Of a stretch of 64,000 nt of DNA, positions 39,510-48,573 are shown in pieces. The notes beneath the pieces are model-generated. The model was not told the DNA's origin. It made no database searches and worked only from the letters and a program-made list of their open reading frames with translations. The translations under genes and the position numbers were made by a program. Numbering within the stretch: position 1 is the stretch's first letter; every line of letters begins with the position of its first letter. The stretch is from an uncultured Parabacteroides sp. GTDB lineage: Bacteria > Bacteroidota > Bacteroidia > Bacteroidales > Tannerellaceae. The stretch is from assembly GCA_949296075.1 (NCBI GenBank), contig CASFNG010000003.1, positions 113,419 to 177,418 on the forward strand, given 5' to 3'.

Positions 39510-41351
39510 ATGATACTGATTTTAGGGGGGACAACCGAAGGGCGCGCGGCGGTCCGGGTTGCCGATGAAGCTGGAGCTCCTTACTATTATTCCACGAAAA
39601 GTGACTCACAATCCGTAGAATGCGCACACGGGATCCGCCTATCCGGCGCCATGAACATCGCGGAAATGGCAGCATGTTGCCGTGATCTTGGAATCCGGTT
39701 ACTGATAGATGCCGCCCACCCTTTCGCGCAGGTATTGCATCAGACGATAGCGGAGGTCTCCGAGCGTTTGCAAATCCCTGTCATCCGATACGAACGTCGC
39801 TACCCTCCCCGTGACAAAGACTTGATCTGGTGTGACTCTTACGCTGACGCGATCTTGCGGATGGAACGTGCCGGGATCGAGCGTCTTTTAGCGCTTAGCG
39901 GCGTAAACACGCTGGCTCCATTACGCCCTTTCTGGGAAAAGCATACCTGTTGGTTTCGTATATTAGACCGATCCGAGTCCTTGTTATCAGCGAAACGGCA
40001 AGGATTCCCGGAAGATCGTTTAGCCTTTTTCCGGGAAGGGGGTGACGAATCGCTTCTCCTAAGCCAGCTTCATCCGGATGCTATCCTGACAAAAGAGAGT
40101 GGTTTCTCGGGATTCTTCCAAGAAAAGGTCGATGCCGCCCGTCGATTCGGTATCCCCGTTTTCGTGATTAAGCGTCCCTCTTTATCGCCTACGTTCTATC
40201 GGATCTATGGAGAAGAGGGGCTGCGTAAGCAAATCGAGCGGTTATTGCCCGATTTCTTCCCGCTCAAGAGCGGATACACGACCGGCACTTGCGCCACGGC
40301 AGCGGCCAAAGCAGCCCTAAAAGCCCTGTTGTCCGGAGAGATTCAGCAAGAAAGTCAAATCACCTTACCTTCCGGAGAGCCGATCACGCTTCCAGTCAGT
40401 GAGACACGATGGGACGAAGAAGCGGCGACTTGCGTCGTCATCAAGGAATCAGGCGATGACCCGGACGTGACGAACCATTGCCCTGTCACGGTCACCATCC
40501 AGCTCTCACGAGATCAGGAGGCGAAAACGCCAGAAGAGCAGATCCTGTTCAAGGCCGGCGAGGGAGTAGGCACCGTTACCCTTCCCGGTTTAGGGTTGGA
40601 GGTAGGAGAACCTGCCATCAACCTGACCCCCAGAAAAATGATCCGGCAAGAGCTACTCCCCCTATTGCCTGCATCCGATACCATAGCCAACGTCACGATC
40701 TCAGTACCTAATGGAGAGGAATTGGCGAAACGGACCTTTAACCCCAAGCTCGGGATCGTCGGCGGAATCTCTATCATCGGCACGTCCGGCATCGTCCGCC
40801 CGTTCTCATCCGAGGCATTCATCGCCTCGATCCGTAAAGAGGCCAACGTAGCGAAAGCGATTGGCTGCGAGACATTAGTGATTAATTCCGGCGCCAAAAG
40901 CGAACGACACCTCAAGCGGCGCTATTCCTCTTTACCACCTCAATCATTTGTCCACTACGGGAATTTCATCGGGGAAACCCTTAAGATCGCCGACGATTTG
41001 GGTTTCCGGAATGTCATCCTGGGGATCATGATCGGGAAAGCCGTCAAGTTGGCGGAAGGATTCTTGGATACCCATAGCAAGAAGGTCGTCATGAATAAAG
41101 ATTTTCTCGCTGATCTCGCCCAATCCGCCGGTTGCGGGAAAGAGGCGATCACGGCGATTCGGGGCATCACGCTCGCCCGGGAATTATGGGGAAAATTATC
41201 CGAGACGGAGCAAACGCTCTTCTTCCCCGCGCTTTTGCGAGCTTGCCTTACCCATTGCTCTCCCCTCTTCCCGCATGGGGAGCTGACCCTCGCCCTCATC
41301 ACGGAAGAGGGCGAAATCCGCTATCAAGCCGGTAATGGCAAGAGCTCTTGA
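39510..41351 (+). CDS. cbiD: CbiJ-CbiD fusion
   Basis: ILGGTTEG, DAAHPFA, KESG; GYTTGTCATAA, GDDPDVT, GISIIGTSGIV. Confidence 0.92.
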   Translation: MILILGGTTEGRAAVRVADEAGAPYYYSTKSDSQSVECAHGIRLSGAMNIAEMAACCRDLGIRLLIDAAHPFAQVLHQTIAEVSERLQIPVIRYERRYPPRDKDLIWCDSYADAILRMERAGIERLLALSGVNTLAPLRPFWEKHTCWFRILDRSESLLSAKRQGFPEDRLAFFREGGDESLLLSQLHPDAILTKESGFSGFFQEKVDAARRFGIPVFVIKRPSLSPTFYRIYGEEGLRKQIERLLPDFFPLKSGYTTGTCATAAAKAALKALLSGEIQQESQITLPSGEPITLPVSETRWDEEAATCVVIKESGDDPDVTNHCPVTVTIQLSRDQEAKTPEEQILFKAGEGVGTVTLPGLGLEVGEPAINLTPRKMIRQELLPLLPASDTIANVTISVPNGEELAKRTFNPKLGIVGGISIIGTSGIVRPFSSEAFIASIRKEANVAKAIGCETLVINSGAKSERHLKRRYSSLPPQSFVHYGNFIGETLKIADDLGFRNVILGIMIGKAVKLAEGFLDTHSKKVVMNKDFLADLAQSAGCGKEAITAIRGITLARELWGKLSETEQTLFFPALLRACLTHCSPLFPHGELTLALITEEGEIRYQAGNGKSS

Positions 41352-41356
41352 GATAC

Positions 41357-42334
41357 TTAACGATCCGACACGACCCATGCCGGATCATGCACCTCCGTAT
41401 TCGGTTTCTTATAATACATCTCTTTTTCCAGAGGGATGGCGAGCGTATAGCTTTTCCCGCCCGTAACCAACTTGCGATCCCGCAACCAGGGGTTGAACCG
41501 TTTCAAATCAGCATACGTGATCCCCTGCCCTTTCGCGAAAACGGCTAAGTTCGGTATGTCCTTATTGACCGTCACCTCCCGGGTAGCGATCCGCTTGTAC
41601 AAATCGCGTGAACGAAGGACGAAACCATATTTGGAAGGATGCTCGAAGATCTGCTTGATCGCCATGATCCGATACACATAGCGGGAGGTCTCTTCCACTA
41701 ACCAAAGATCTAACGAGGAGTCTACGTCTTGCTTATCCAGCTCACCTGTTATGCGCCCCATCCCCGCATTATACGAGGCCGCCACGGACACCCAATTCCC
41801 ATACTTGGCATAAGCCGCCTTCAAATACCGGCAAGCCGCCTCGGTCGCCTTCTCCACATGGCAACGTTCGTCCACCGTAGGCGTGATAGTCAGTCCGTAA
41901 TCACGGGCTGTCCCTTCCATCAGTTGCCACATCCCTACCGCTCGTGCGGGTGAAGTGACACGGGGATCCAAATGGCTCTCTATCACCGCCAGATACTTAA
42001 AGTCGTCAGGTATCCCGTTCGCTTTCAGGATCGGCTCGATCACCGGGAAATAGCGGTTCGCCCGCTTGATCAGCAACATGGTCGTGGAGTGAAAATAGGT
42101 AAAACTGCTCAACTCCCGATCATAGGCCTCCCGCCGGTTATAGCGGGTCAGGTCGATCAATTTCCCGCAAAAAGGCACCGACTCAGGAATCTCCGGGGAC
42201 ACCGTCATCGACGATACCACCGGCCTCGACTCGATCACCTTGCCTACATCTTCCGAACCTATGGATATACAGGCGGTCAGGCCGATAACGCCTCCGCCTA
42301 AAAAGCACAAAACATTATTCTTGGATAATCTCAT
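41357..42334 (-). CDS. MltD-like lytic transglycosylase
   Basis: YLAVIES, GMWQLM, ASYNAG, EETSRYV; C-terminal LysM-like segment. Confidence 0.9.
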   Translation of the reverse strand: MRLSKNNVLCFLGGGVIGLTACISIGSEDVGKVIESRPVVSSMTVSPEIPESVPFCGKLIDLTRYNRREAYDRELSSFTYFHSTTMLLIKRANRYFPVIEPILKANGIPDDFKYLAVIESHLDPRVTSPARAVGMWQLMEGTARDYGLTITPTVDERCHVEKATEAACRYLKAAYAKYGNWVSVAASYNAGMGRITGELDKQDVDSSLDLWLVEETSRYVYRIMAIKQIFEHPSKYGFVLRSRDLYKRIATREVTVNKDIPNLAVFAKGQGITYADLKRFNPWLRDRKLVTGGKSYTLAIPLEKEMYYKKPNTEVHDPAWVVSDR

Positions 42335-43658
42335 TTTCCTCTTGAATCGTTTTCGGTCTAAGTATATTTATATCACCTTTCCGCTTATAGTGGATGCCAT
42401 CGGAGCCTTCCGCCTCGATCACGTAGAAATAGACACCTGGCGGCACATACTTTCCACCCTTCTTCCCATCCCATCCTTGGGCGGGATCTGTCCAATGGTA
42501 GATTTGTACCCCCCAACGATTGAATATCCATGCCTTAAAGCTGACCAAGGATTTATACGCTACCCGGAACTCATCGTTGACTCCCGGCGTCGTTCCCGGC
42601 GAGAAAGCGTTGGGTATCTGTAAATACGACTCCGAGATCTCGATCTCCACCTGATCCTCCACATGGCAGGTCGCCGCTTGGTCGGTCACTTCCAACCGTA
42701 CCACGAAGTTACCGGCCTGGGTGAATGTATACTCAAAGACCTCTCCCGAGAAACGGGCGATCGTGTTTTCCTCCTCGCCTTGCGGATAGATCTCCCAATT
42801 GAACATCGCCGCGGTCGGCGTGTTCGCTATCGCCGTGAATTGCACCATAGCCGGCGCGCAATACCCGCTCTTGGTCGTGTTCATGTTCGGGGCCTCCTGT
42901 TCCACCAAGAGCGTATCGATATGGACCTCCACGGCGGACGCCTGATAAGCGTCCACGCAAAGCGTGAGTTCCTTGCCGAAATGACGGGCGAAATAATCCC
43001 CGTGCACGCAAATCTCCGTATCGCAAAGCGGGGCGGGTATCGAGTGCTCGAACAGATCCCCCTCGATCACTGCGGTCTCTTGCTTGGAGACATATCGCTT
43101 GCTCTCAGAGTCATATTCCAAGGTGTTATATACCACGTCAAACTGTCTCGGCAACTCACGCCTCGTCCCCGTATTCGGCCAATAATAATAGATAGGCTCG
43201 ATCGTCCCCGTCCCCGCGAGCAGCACCCCGCCACAGGGGTCGCTTTTCTCGGAGACACGCAGACCCGACAGGTTCAACGCGTATTTGCTGTAATCCACGA
43301 TCCATACATAATGAGATACCGCCCCCTCATCGACGAAATATCCATATCCATCCTCCACGCCACTTATGGTAGAGGTGGCGCCGTTTCGCGACGAGGCCAC
43401 CGGCTCAGCGTCGAGCCGCTTGTTCCGGTATCTGTACCATTGATGCGGGGAGGAAGAAGACGACGTATAGCTGATCGACACATTCTCCATCCCATCCACC
43501 AAATATACCTCGATCCGTTCCGCCGAGTCCCCGGAACTTTGCTCCGCCTTCAGCGGGGTTCCCTTACCGCCGGTCACCACGTATTGGGCGTACGCTCCCG
43601 CGGCGACCCAGCATAAGCCAAGCAGGAAAACGATTTTTCTCCACATATACTTTCGCAT
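42315..43658 (-). CDS. PKD domain protein with gliding-motility/T9SS type-B C-terminal domain
   Basis: IPNAFSPG...NDEF...IFNRWG...GWDG...GVYFYVI...KGDINILR; signal peptide; start approximate. Confidence 0.88.
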   Translation of the reverse strand: MRKYMWRKIVFLLGLCWVAAGAYAQYVVTGGKGTPLKAEQSSGDSAERIEVYLVDGMENVSISYTSSSSSPHQWYRYRNKRLDAEPVASSRNGATSTISGVEDGYGYFVDEGAVSHYVWIVDYSKYALNLSGLRVSEKSDPCGGVLLAGTGTIEPIYYYWPNTGTRRELPRQFDVVYNTLEYDSESKRYVSKQETAVIEGDLFEHSIPAPLCDTEICVHGDYFARHFGKELTLCVDAYQASAVEVHIDTLLVEQEAPNMNTTKSGYCAPAMVQFTAIANTPTAAMFNWEIYPQGEEENTIARFSGEVFEYTFTQAGNFVVRLEVTDQAATCHVEDQVEIEISESYLQIPNAFSPGTTPGVNDEFRVAYKSLVSFKAWIFNRWGVQIYHWTDPAQGWDGKKGGKYVPPGVYFYVIEAEGSDGIHYKRKGDINILRPKTIQEENEIIQE

Positions 43659-43915
43659 AAGATCCATCTTTCGGATCCAAAAGTAAGGAAATAAAAGGAG
43701 ATACGCTACTTCCGCCATGCTCTTTTTCCCGCCTCCTCCGGCTCACTGATTACGTCCGCCTCATGCCCAAGCGGTTTCTTCCCCGACTTTCCGGAGATAC
43801 TTGACACGGCTTTTTCCGAAACCTCGCCAATCTTCTCCATGTTCACCCTTAAGTCTTTTTCTTCCGTGATACGCAAAATTCATTATCTTTGTGCTCAAAA
43901 TATCCAGGATCGCAA

Positions 43916-45721
43916 ATGAACAAGATTTCCATATACCTGTTGACAGGATTCCTTTGCTTATCGAGCGGACAGGCTTATCCCCAGGCAAGCGGGCAGCGAG
44001 TGGTCTTCACGAGCGGGCAGGCCGACAATATCTTCTACCATACGATCGAACGGGGGCAGACCGTATATGCCATCGCCACGATGTACGGCGTGAGCGTGGA
44101 CGATATTTACCGGCTAAACCCGGAAAGCCGGGATGGCATCAAGGCGGGCGCTACCTTGAAGATCCCCCAGAAAGGGGCGGCATCCGCAGGGCAAGAAGGC
44201 TATACCTTCCATACGATCCAACCCCGGGAAACCCTCTACTCGCTATCTATCCGGTATGAGGTACCCGCCACGGAGATCATAAAGGCCAATCCGGGGCTGT
44301 CAACCGCGACCTTCACGATCGGCAAGACGATCCGGATCCCTAAGGAGACGGCAATCGCCTCCCGGCCCGCTGAGGAACGGGTAGAGACCGTCCGGAAAGA
44401 GATGGAATACACCATACAACGCAAGGAGACCATGTACCGGATATGCCGGAAGTTCAATATCTCAAGCGTTGATCTATTGAAATTGAATCCCCAATTGAAG
44501 AATGGCGTGAAAGCGGGTATGGTGATCAAGATCCCGGTGGTCAGCGAGGAAGTCATCACCGAGAACTTGAGCCAGCCGGAGGAGCACGAGGTCAACGCCC
44601 TCCTCTCCGCCCCGAAAGATATTAAGCGTGTCAATCGTATCCAGGTGGCGCTGCTCTTGCCTTTCATGGCGAACGAGCCTACCCGGTCAGCGGCGAGCGC
44701 ACGCTTCGTGGAATACTACGAAGGCCTGCTGCTGGCGGTGGACAGCCTGAAGAAAACAGGTACGTCCGTGGAGCTATCGGTTTACGACACGGGACAAGGC
44801 ACGAGCCGTATAAAAGAGATCTTGAACGAGGATGCGCTGGCGGAATCGAACCTGATTATCGGGGCCGTGCAGAACGACCAGATCGGGATCGTAGCGGATT
44901 TCGCCCAAAAGCATGGCATCAAGTATGTGATCCCCTTCACCTCGAAGAATGATGACGTGCTCTCGAACGCGAATGTCTATCAGGTCAACACGCCACATTC
45001 TTACCTCTATTCCAAGGCCGCTCAAGCGGGCTGTGACCTGTTCTCGGAGCATAACATCATTCTCGTGAGCATGAAGGATAAGGAGGAGAAAACGGATTTT
45101 ATCAAGGCGTTCAAGGCGGAGATGAAACAACGTGATATTCCTTTCAAGGAGGTGACTTACAACGGCGAGACATTCGCTGCCGACATGGAGAAAGTGATGA
45201 CGCATGACAAGCGTAACATGGTATTGCCCACCTCTTCCTCACTCGATGCCGTGAACCGGATCAAGGCGACACTCCGGATGTTGTCGGAGCTGAAAGAGGA
45301 AGAAAAAGAGCCCTACATGATCAATCTGTTCGGGTATCCGGAATGGCAGACCTACACGCGGGATTGCTTAGAGGACTTCTATGCCTTGGATACCTATATA
45401 TATAGCAATTTTTACGCGGATAATTTATCATCCGAGGTTCATCGTTTCTACTCGAACTATAAGCATTGGTATAGCAAGAGTCTGATTAATACCTTCCCGA
45501 AATACGGTATCTTAGGATTCGACACCGGTATGTATTTCTTAGGAGCGATCCAGAAGTACGGATCCAATTTCGAGGATAACTTGGATAAGATCCGCTACAA
45601 GAGTATCCAGACGGGGTTCGATTTCCACCGGGTGAACAACTGGGGCGGATTTATCAACACGAACGTATTCATCGTGCATTATAAGAGTGATTTTACCGTA
45701 ACCCGTAACGAGGTAAGATGA
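43916..45721 (+). CDS. Triple-LysM protein with periplasmic-binding-protein-like C-terminal domain
   Basis: Three HTI..GET(V/L/M)Y.I...Y...LNP repeats; VALLLPF; upstream TATCTTTG at 43884-43891. Confidence 0.88.
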   Translation: MNKISIYLLTGFLCLSSGQAYPQASGQRVVFTSGQADNIFYHTIERGQTVYAIATMYGVSVDDIYRLNPESRDGIKAGATLKIPQKGAASAGQEGYTFHTIQPRETLYSLSIRYEVPATEIIKANPGLSTATFTIGKTIRIPKETAIASRPAEERVETVRKEMEYTIQRKETMYRICRKFNISSVDLLKLNPQLKNGVKAGMVIKIPVVSEEVITENLSQPEEHEVNALLSAPKDIKRVNRIQVALLLPFMANEPTRSAASARFVEYYEGLLLAVDSLKKTGTSVELSVYDTGQGTSRIKEILNEDALAESNLIIGAVQNDQIGIVADFAQKHGIKYVIPFTSKNDDVLSNANVYQVNTPHSYLYSKAAQAGCDLFSEHNIILVSMKDKEEKTDFIKAFKAEMKQRDIPFKEVTYNGETFAADMEKVMTHDKRNMVLPTSSSLDAVNRIKATLRMLSELKEEEKEPYMINLFGYPEWQTYTRDCLEDFYALDTYIYSNFYADNLSSEVHRFYSNYKHWYSKSLINTFPKYGILGFDTGMYFLGAIQKYGSNFEDNLDKIRYKSIQTGFDFHRVNNWGGFINTNVFIVHYKSDFTVTRNEVR

Positions 45722-46404
45722 TGAAGGATTGGTGGAGGAAAACAGGGATCTCCCTGCTGTTGGCATGGATGGCTTGGTCGGTTAGCCAAGCACAGAAGAA
45801 TGATTTCAGGCAGGAGATCGCCGTTGGAGCCTCTTTTGGGACAAACTTCTCCAGCGTGAGTTTCCAGCCAAAGGTCCCGACCAAGATGAAAATGGGCTTC
45901 AGCGGAGGTGTTACCGCACGCTGGATCTCAGAAAAGCACCTTGGCTTGCAGGCAGAACTTAACTTCACACAGAATGGTTGGGAGGAGAAATTCGAGGAGC
46001 AACCACAATATCATTATAGCCGCACACTCAATTATATGGAGCTTCCTTTCCTGACGCATATTTATTATGGGGAGAAACGGGTACGTGTGTTCCTGAACTT
46101 AGGTCCTAAGATCAGCTATTTGATCGGAGAGAGCACGGATTCGAACTTGAATGGGGAGAACCCCAACCCGAATCGTCCGGACGAGCAACATGGATTGGCC
46201 GCGCAAAAGAAATTCGGGTGGGGGCTCTGTGGAGGCCCGGGTATGGAGATACGTACAGGGATAGGCTCTTTCTTGCTGGAAGGCAGATACTATTATGCTT
46301 TAGGGGATCTTTTCAATAGCCGTAAGGAAGATCCGTTCCCAAAATCTTCCGGGCAGGTTATTTCAGTGAAACTTACCTATTTACTCCCGATACATACATG
46401 GTAA
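45718..46404 (+). CDS. PorT-family outer-membrane beta-barrel
   Basis: Signal peptide; QAELNF, LNYMELPFL, LEGRYYYALG strands. Confidence 0.78.
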   Translation: MMKDWWRKTGISLLLAWMAWSVSQAQKNDFRQEIAVGASFGTNFSSVSFQPKVPTKMKMGFSGGVTARWISEKHLGLQAELNFTQNGWEEKFEEQPQYHYSRTLNYMELPFLTHIYYGEKRVRVFLNLGPKISYLIGESTDSNLNGENPNPNRPDEQHGLAAQKKFGWGLCGGPGMEIRTGIGSFLLEGRYYYALGDLFNSRKEDPFPKSSGQVISVKLTYLLPIHTW

Positions 46405-46406
46405 AT

Positions 46407-46454
46407 AAAAAACCGAGCGCCTCAGAGGTATCTTCTTCTGAGGCGCTCGGTTTT
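46407..46454 (+). terminator. Intrinsic terminator
   Basis: AAAACCGAGCGCCTCAGA...TCTGAGGCGCTCGGTTTT. Confidence 0.92.
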
Positions 46455-46505
46455 CTTGAAGACATAAAATCTTTTTTAAGTTGTTTTAAATATCGGGGAT
46501 ATTGC

Positions 46506-46513
46506 TACCTTTG
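46506..46513 (+). promoter_or_regulatory. -7 promoter element
   Basis: TACCTTTG ~285 nt upstream of the ATG at 46799. Confidence 0.7.
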
Positions 46514-46547
46514 CTCCCGTATTTGAGAATAGCGTAAAAGCGTAAGA

Positions 46548-46746
46548 TATTATCCTACATTTGGAATCTGGACAATTTCATCGAACGGGATAATAGCCAA
46601 GATGCTCCTACGCGCTATGTTGTTATATATGGCTCCCTCAAAGGGAGAATTATATACGCATAATGCGTGGGGCTATTGCATATTATCGTTCGATGGGCAG
46701 TCCAGAGCCTCAAATGTGATAATAGCGATAGTCCCCACGCTTTTTT
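46548..46746 (+). promoter_or_regulatory. Structured leader with alternative long hairpin/terminator folds
   Basis: Nested imperfect inverted repeats centred near 46640; GCGTGGGGCTATTGC...GCGATAGTCCCCACGC followed by T6. Confidence 0.7.
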
Positions 46747-46798
46747 ATTTTTAAGGATCTTTCCGGAGGGGACAGGAAAAGCAAAACAATTAATTATC

Positions 46799-47476
46799 AT
46801 GAAGAGATTCTTAATTTTGGTTTGTGTAACGTTACTCTGTGGCGTTGTCTCCGCACAAGCGCAAAGCCAAACGTCTGAAATCGTGTATTTGAAAGACGGG
46901 AGTGTGTTAAAAGGGAAGGTAGTGGAAATGCTTCCGGATCAAATCAAGGTGCAAACCTCTGATGGAAGCCTTTTTGTTTACCCCATGAACGAAGTAGAGA
47001 GAGTAGAGAAAGAAAAGAGGAACTCCTATCGCCTCAAGACTTCTTCCGCTAACCAATATGATTTGTTGGGATGGAGAGGGGTTGTGGAGTTAGGCTATAT
47101 CATGGGAGATTTCTCCGCTCCAGAATTCTCCTTTTCTATCGGATACCAATTCAACCCATATCTCTTTTTGGGAGCAGGAACGGGCGTCCAATACTTGACA
47201 GATGCAAGTAGAGCAGCCATTCCAATATTCGCAGATTTAAGAGGTAGTTTCTTTTTAGGAACCATTTCACCTTTCATGTCTCTCAAGATGGGATACGAGG
47301 CATTGATTAACGTGCCTGCGGCAAAAGGTGGGTTCTATTGTAGCCCAACTTGGGGAGTCAAGATCATGACAACAACAAGGCAAGCCGTCAATATCGGGAT
47401 AGGCCTTACCGCTTTCAAGCCCAAAAATTGGGTAAGCGACAAGGGATTTACGATCAAATTGGGGTATGAGTTTTAA
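46799..47476 (+). CDS. Outer-membrane beta-barrel protein with small N-terminal beta domain
   Basis: Signal peptide; IVYLKDGSVLKG domain; amphipathic strands; terminal KLGYEF beta-signal. Confidence 0.82.
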   Translation: MKRFLILVCVTLLCGVVSAQAQSQTSEIVYLKDGSVLKGKVVEMLPDQIKVQTSDGSLFVYPMNEVERVEKEKRNSYRLKTSSANQYDLLGWRGVVELGYIMGDFSAPEFSFSIGYQFNPYLFLGAGTGVQYLTDASRAAIPIFADLRGSFFLGTISPFMSLKMGYEALINVPAAKGGFYCSPTWGVKIMTTTRQAVNIGIGLTAFKPKNWVSDKGFTIKLGYEF

Positions 47477-47488
47477 ATTTTCCTATAT

Positions 47489-48205
47489 ATGAAATATCTA
47501 TTATCTTTAATCTTCATTATGCCTATCATATTCTTCACCTCGTGTAGTGAGGATGATAAGCAGACAGCCATCGAGGATAATCAAGCGTTGGTGGGTACCT
47601 GGCGAGAAAGTGGTTCAGCTTATGAGGTCTTTGAGTTTACTTTTGAAGAGAATGGTACAGGTTTTAGAACCGTATATGTAGGAGGGAAAGCGGAAAGTCC
47701 CGATCCTTTCACCTATTCATTCGATAAGAAAGGAATGAGATTAACCCTTACATTTGTCGAAGAACATAGCTCTTCACAAGTATATGAGGTAAAATTATCT
47801 GATAGTGCGTTGGAAATGAGCCGCCTGTCTGGTAGTTCTGAGAAATTCCAACTATATAAGAAAGATGGAGTAGGGAATTTTTCTCCTTCTGGGGGTGACG
47901 ACACCTTGGCCGGACAGTGGATGACAGTCGAGGGTATGCCGACCTATATTATCTCATTCTCTTCCGATAAAACGGGTTCCTTGCAGATAATCGGAAATGG
48001 AGGAAGTTTTGAGGCTCGTTCATTCAAATATGGATATAATAAAAACAAAGGGAATTTGAGTATCGTATTTAATGATAATGATTCGCCCAAAGAGGTTAGT
48101 TTCAACATCCGACTATCAGGAGCAGCCAACACCATGATGGAATTGACCTGCACGTCCGGGAACTTTAATAACCTAACTTTGCTGGGATCTGGAGTGGAAA
48201 GTTAA
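47489..48205 (+). CDS. Surface lipoprotein with two lipocalin-like repeats
   Basis: Lipobox FTS-C followed by acidic SEDDK; repeats starting LVGTW and LAGQW. Confidence 0.78.
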   Translation: MKYLLSLIFIMPIIFFTSCSEDDKQTAIEDNQALVGTWRESGSAYEVFEFTFEENGTGFRTVYVGGKAESPDPFTYSFDKKGMRLTLTFVEEHSSSQVYEVKLSDSALEMSRLSGSSEKFQLYKKDGVGNFSPSGGDDTLAGQWMTVEGMPTYIISFSSDKTGSLQIIGNGGSFEARSFKYGYNKNKGNLSIVFNDNDSPKEVSFNIRLSGAANTMMELTCTSGNFNNLTLLGSGVES

Positions 48206-48221
48206 TATCAATTACAACAAA

Positions 48222-48254
48222 GAAAGCGGTGATACATCTCTATCACTGCTTTTT
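48222..48254 (+). terminator. Intrinsic terminator
   Basis: AAAGCGGTGATA-catctc-TATCACTGCTTTTT. Confidence 0.85.
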
Positions 48255-48332
48255 ATGAAGTAACGAATGGAGGAAGAATCTTACACCTCCACTCACAAAA
48301 AGGAAGGGAATGGCAGGACAGAGTTCCTATAT

Positions 48333-48404
48333 AAAAGAAAAGGCTATCCGTCACGGACAGCCAATCTCATTGTTAACCTTAAATCTAATACCATGAAAAA
48401 CACA
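48333..48404 (-). ncRNA. Candidate stand-alone small RNA
   Basis: TATATTTG -7 box (48408-48415), then CTGTGTTTTTCATGGTATTAGATTTAAGGTTAAC, then GGCTGTCCG-TGA-CGGATAGCC-TTTTCTTTT terminator. Confidence 0.72.
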
Positions 48405-48573
48405 GTGCAAATATAAGGGCTTTATGTTGTTCGGCATAACTTTTCAGCAAAAAGTATGCGAAGCTTAACATTATTTAGCCTATACATGCTGCATAACATA
48501 AAAAATATTTAGCTTTTCTCGGATTCTTCTTTCTCAGTTCAAGGAATGAGATTGGCCCAAACGGGCTTTCCAC

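Noticed and set aside
46667-46798. N-terminal extension of the beta-barrel ORF from GTG 46667
   Set aside because: It runs through the terminator hairpin; the signal peptide begins at ATG 46799.
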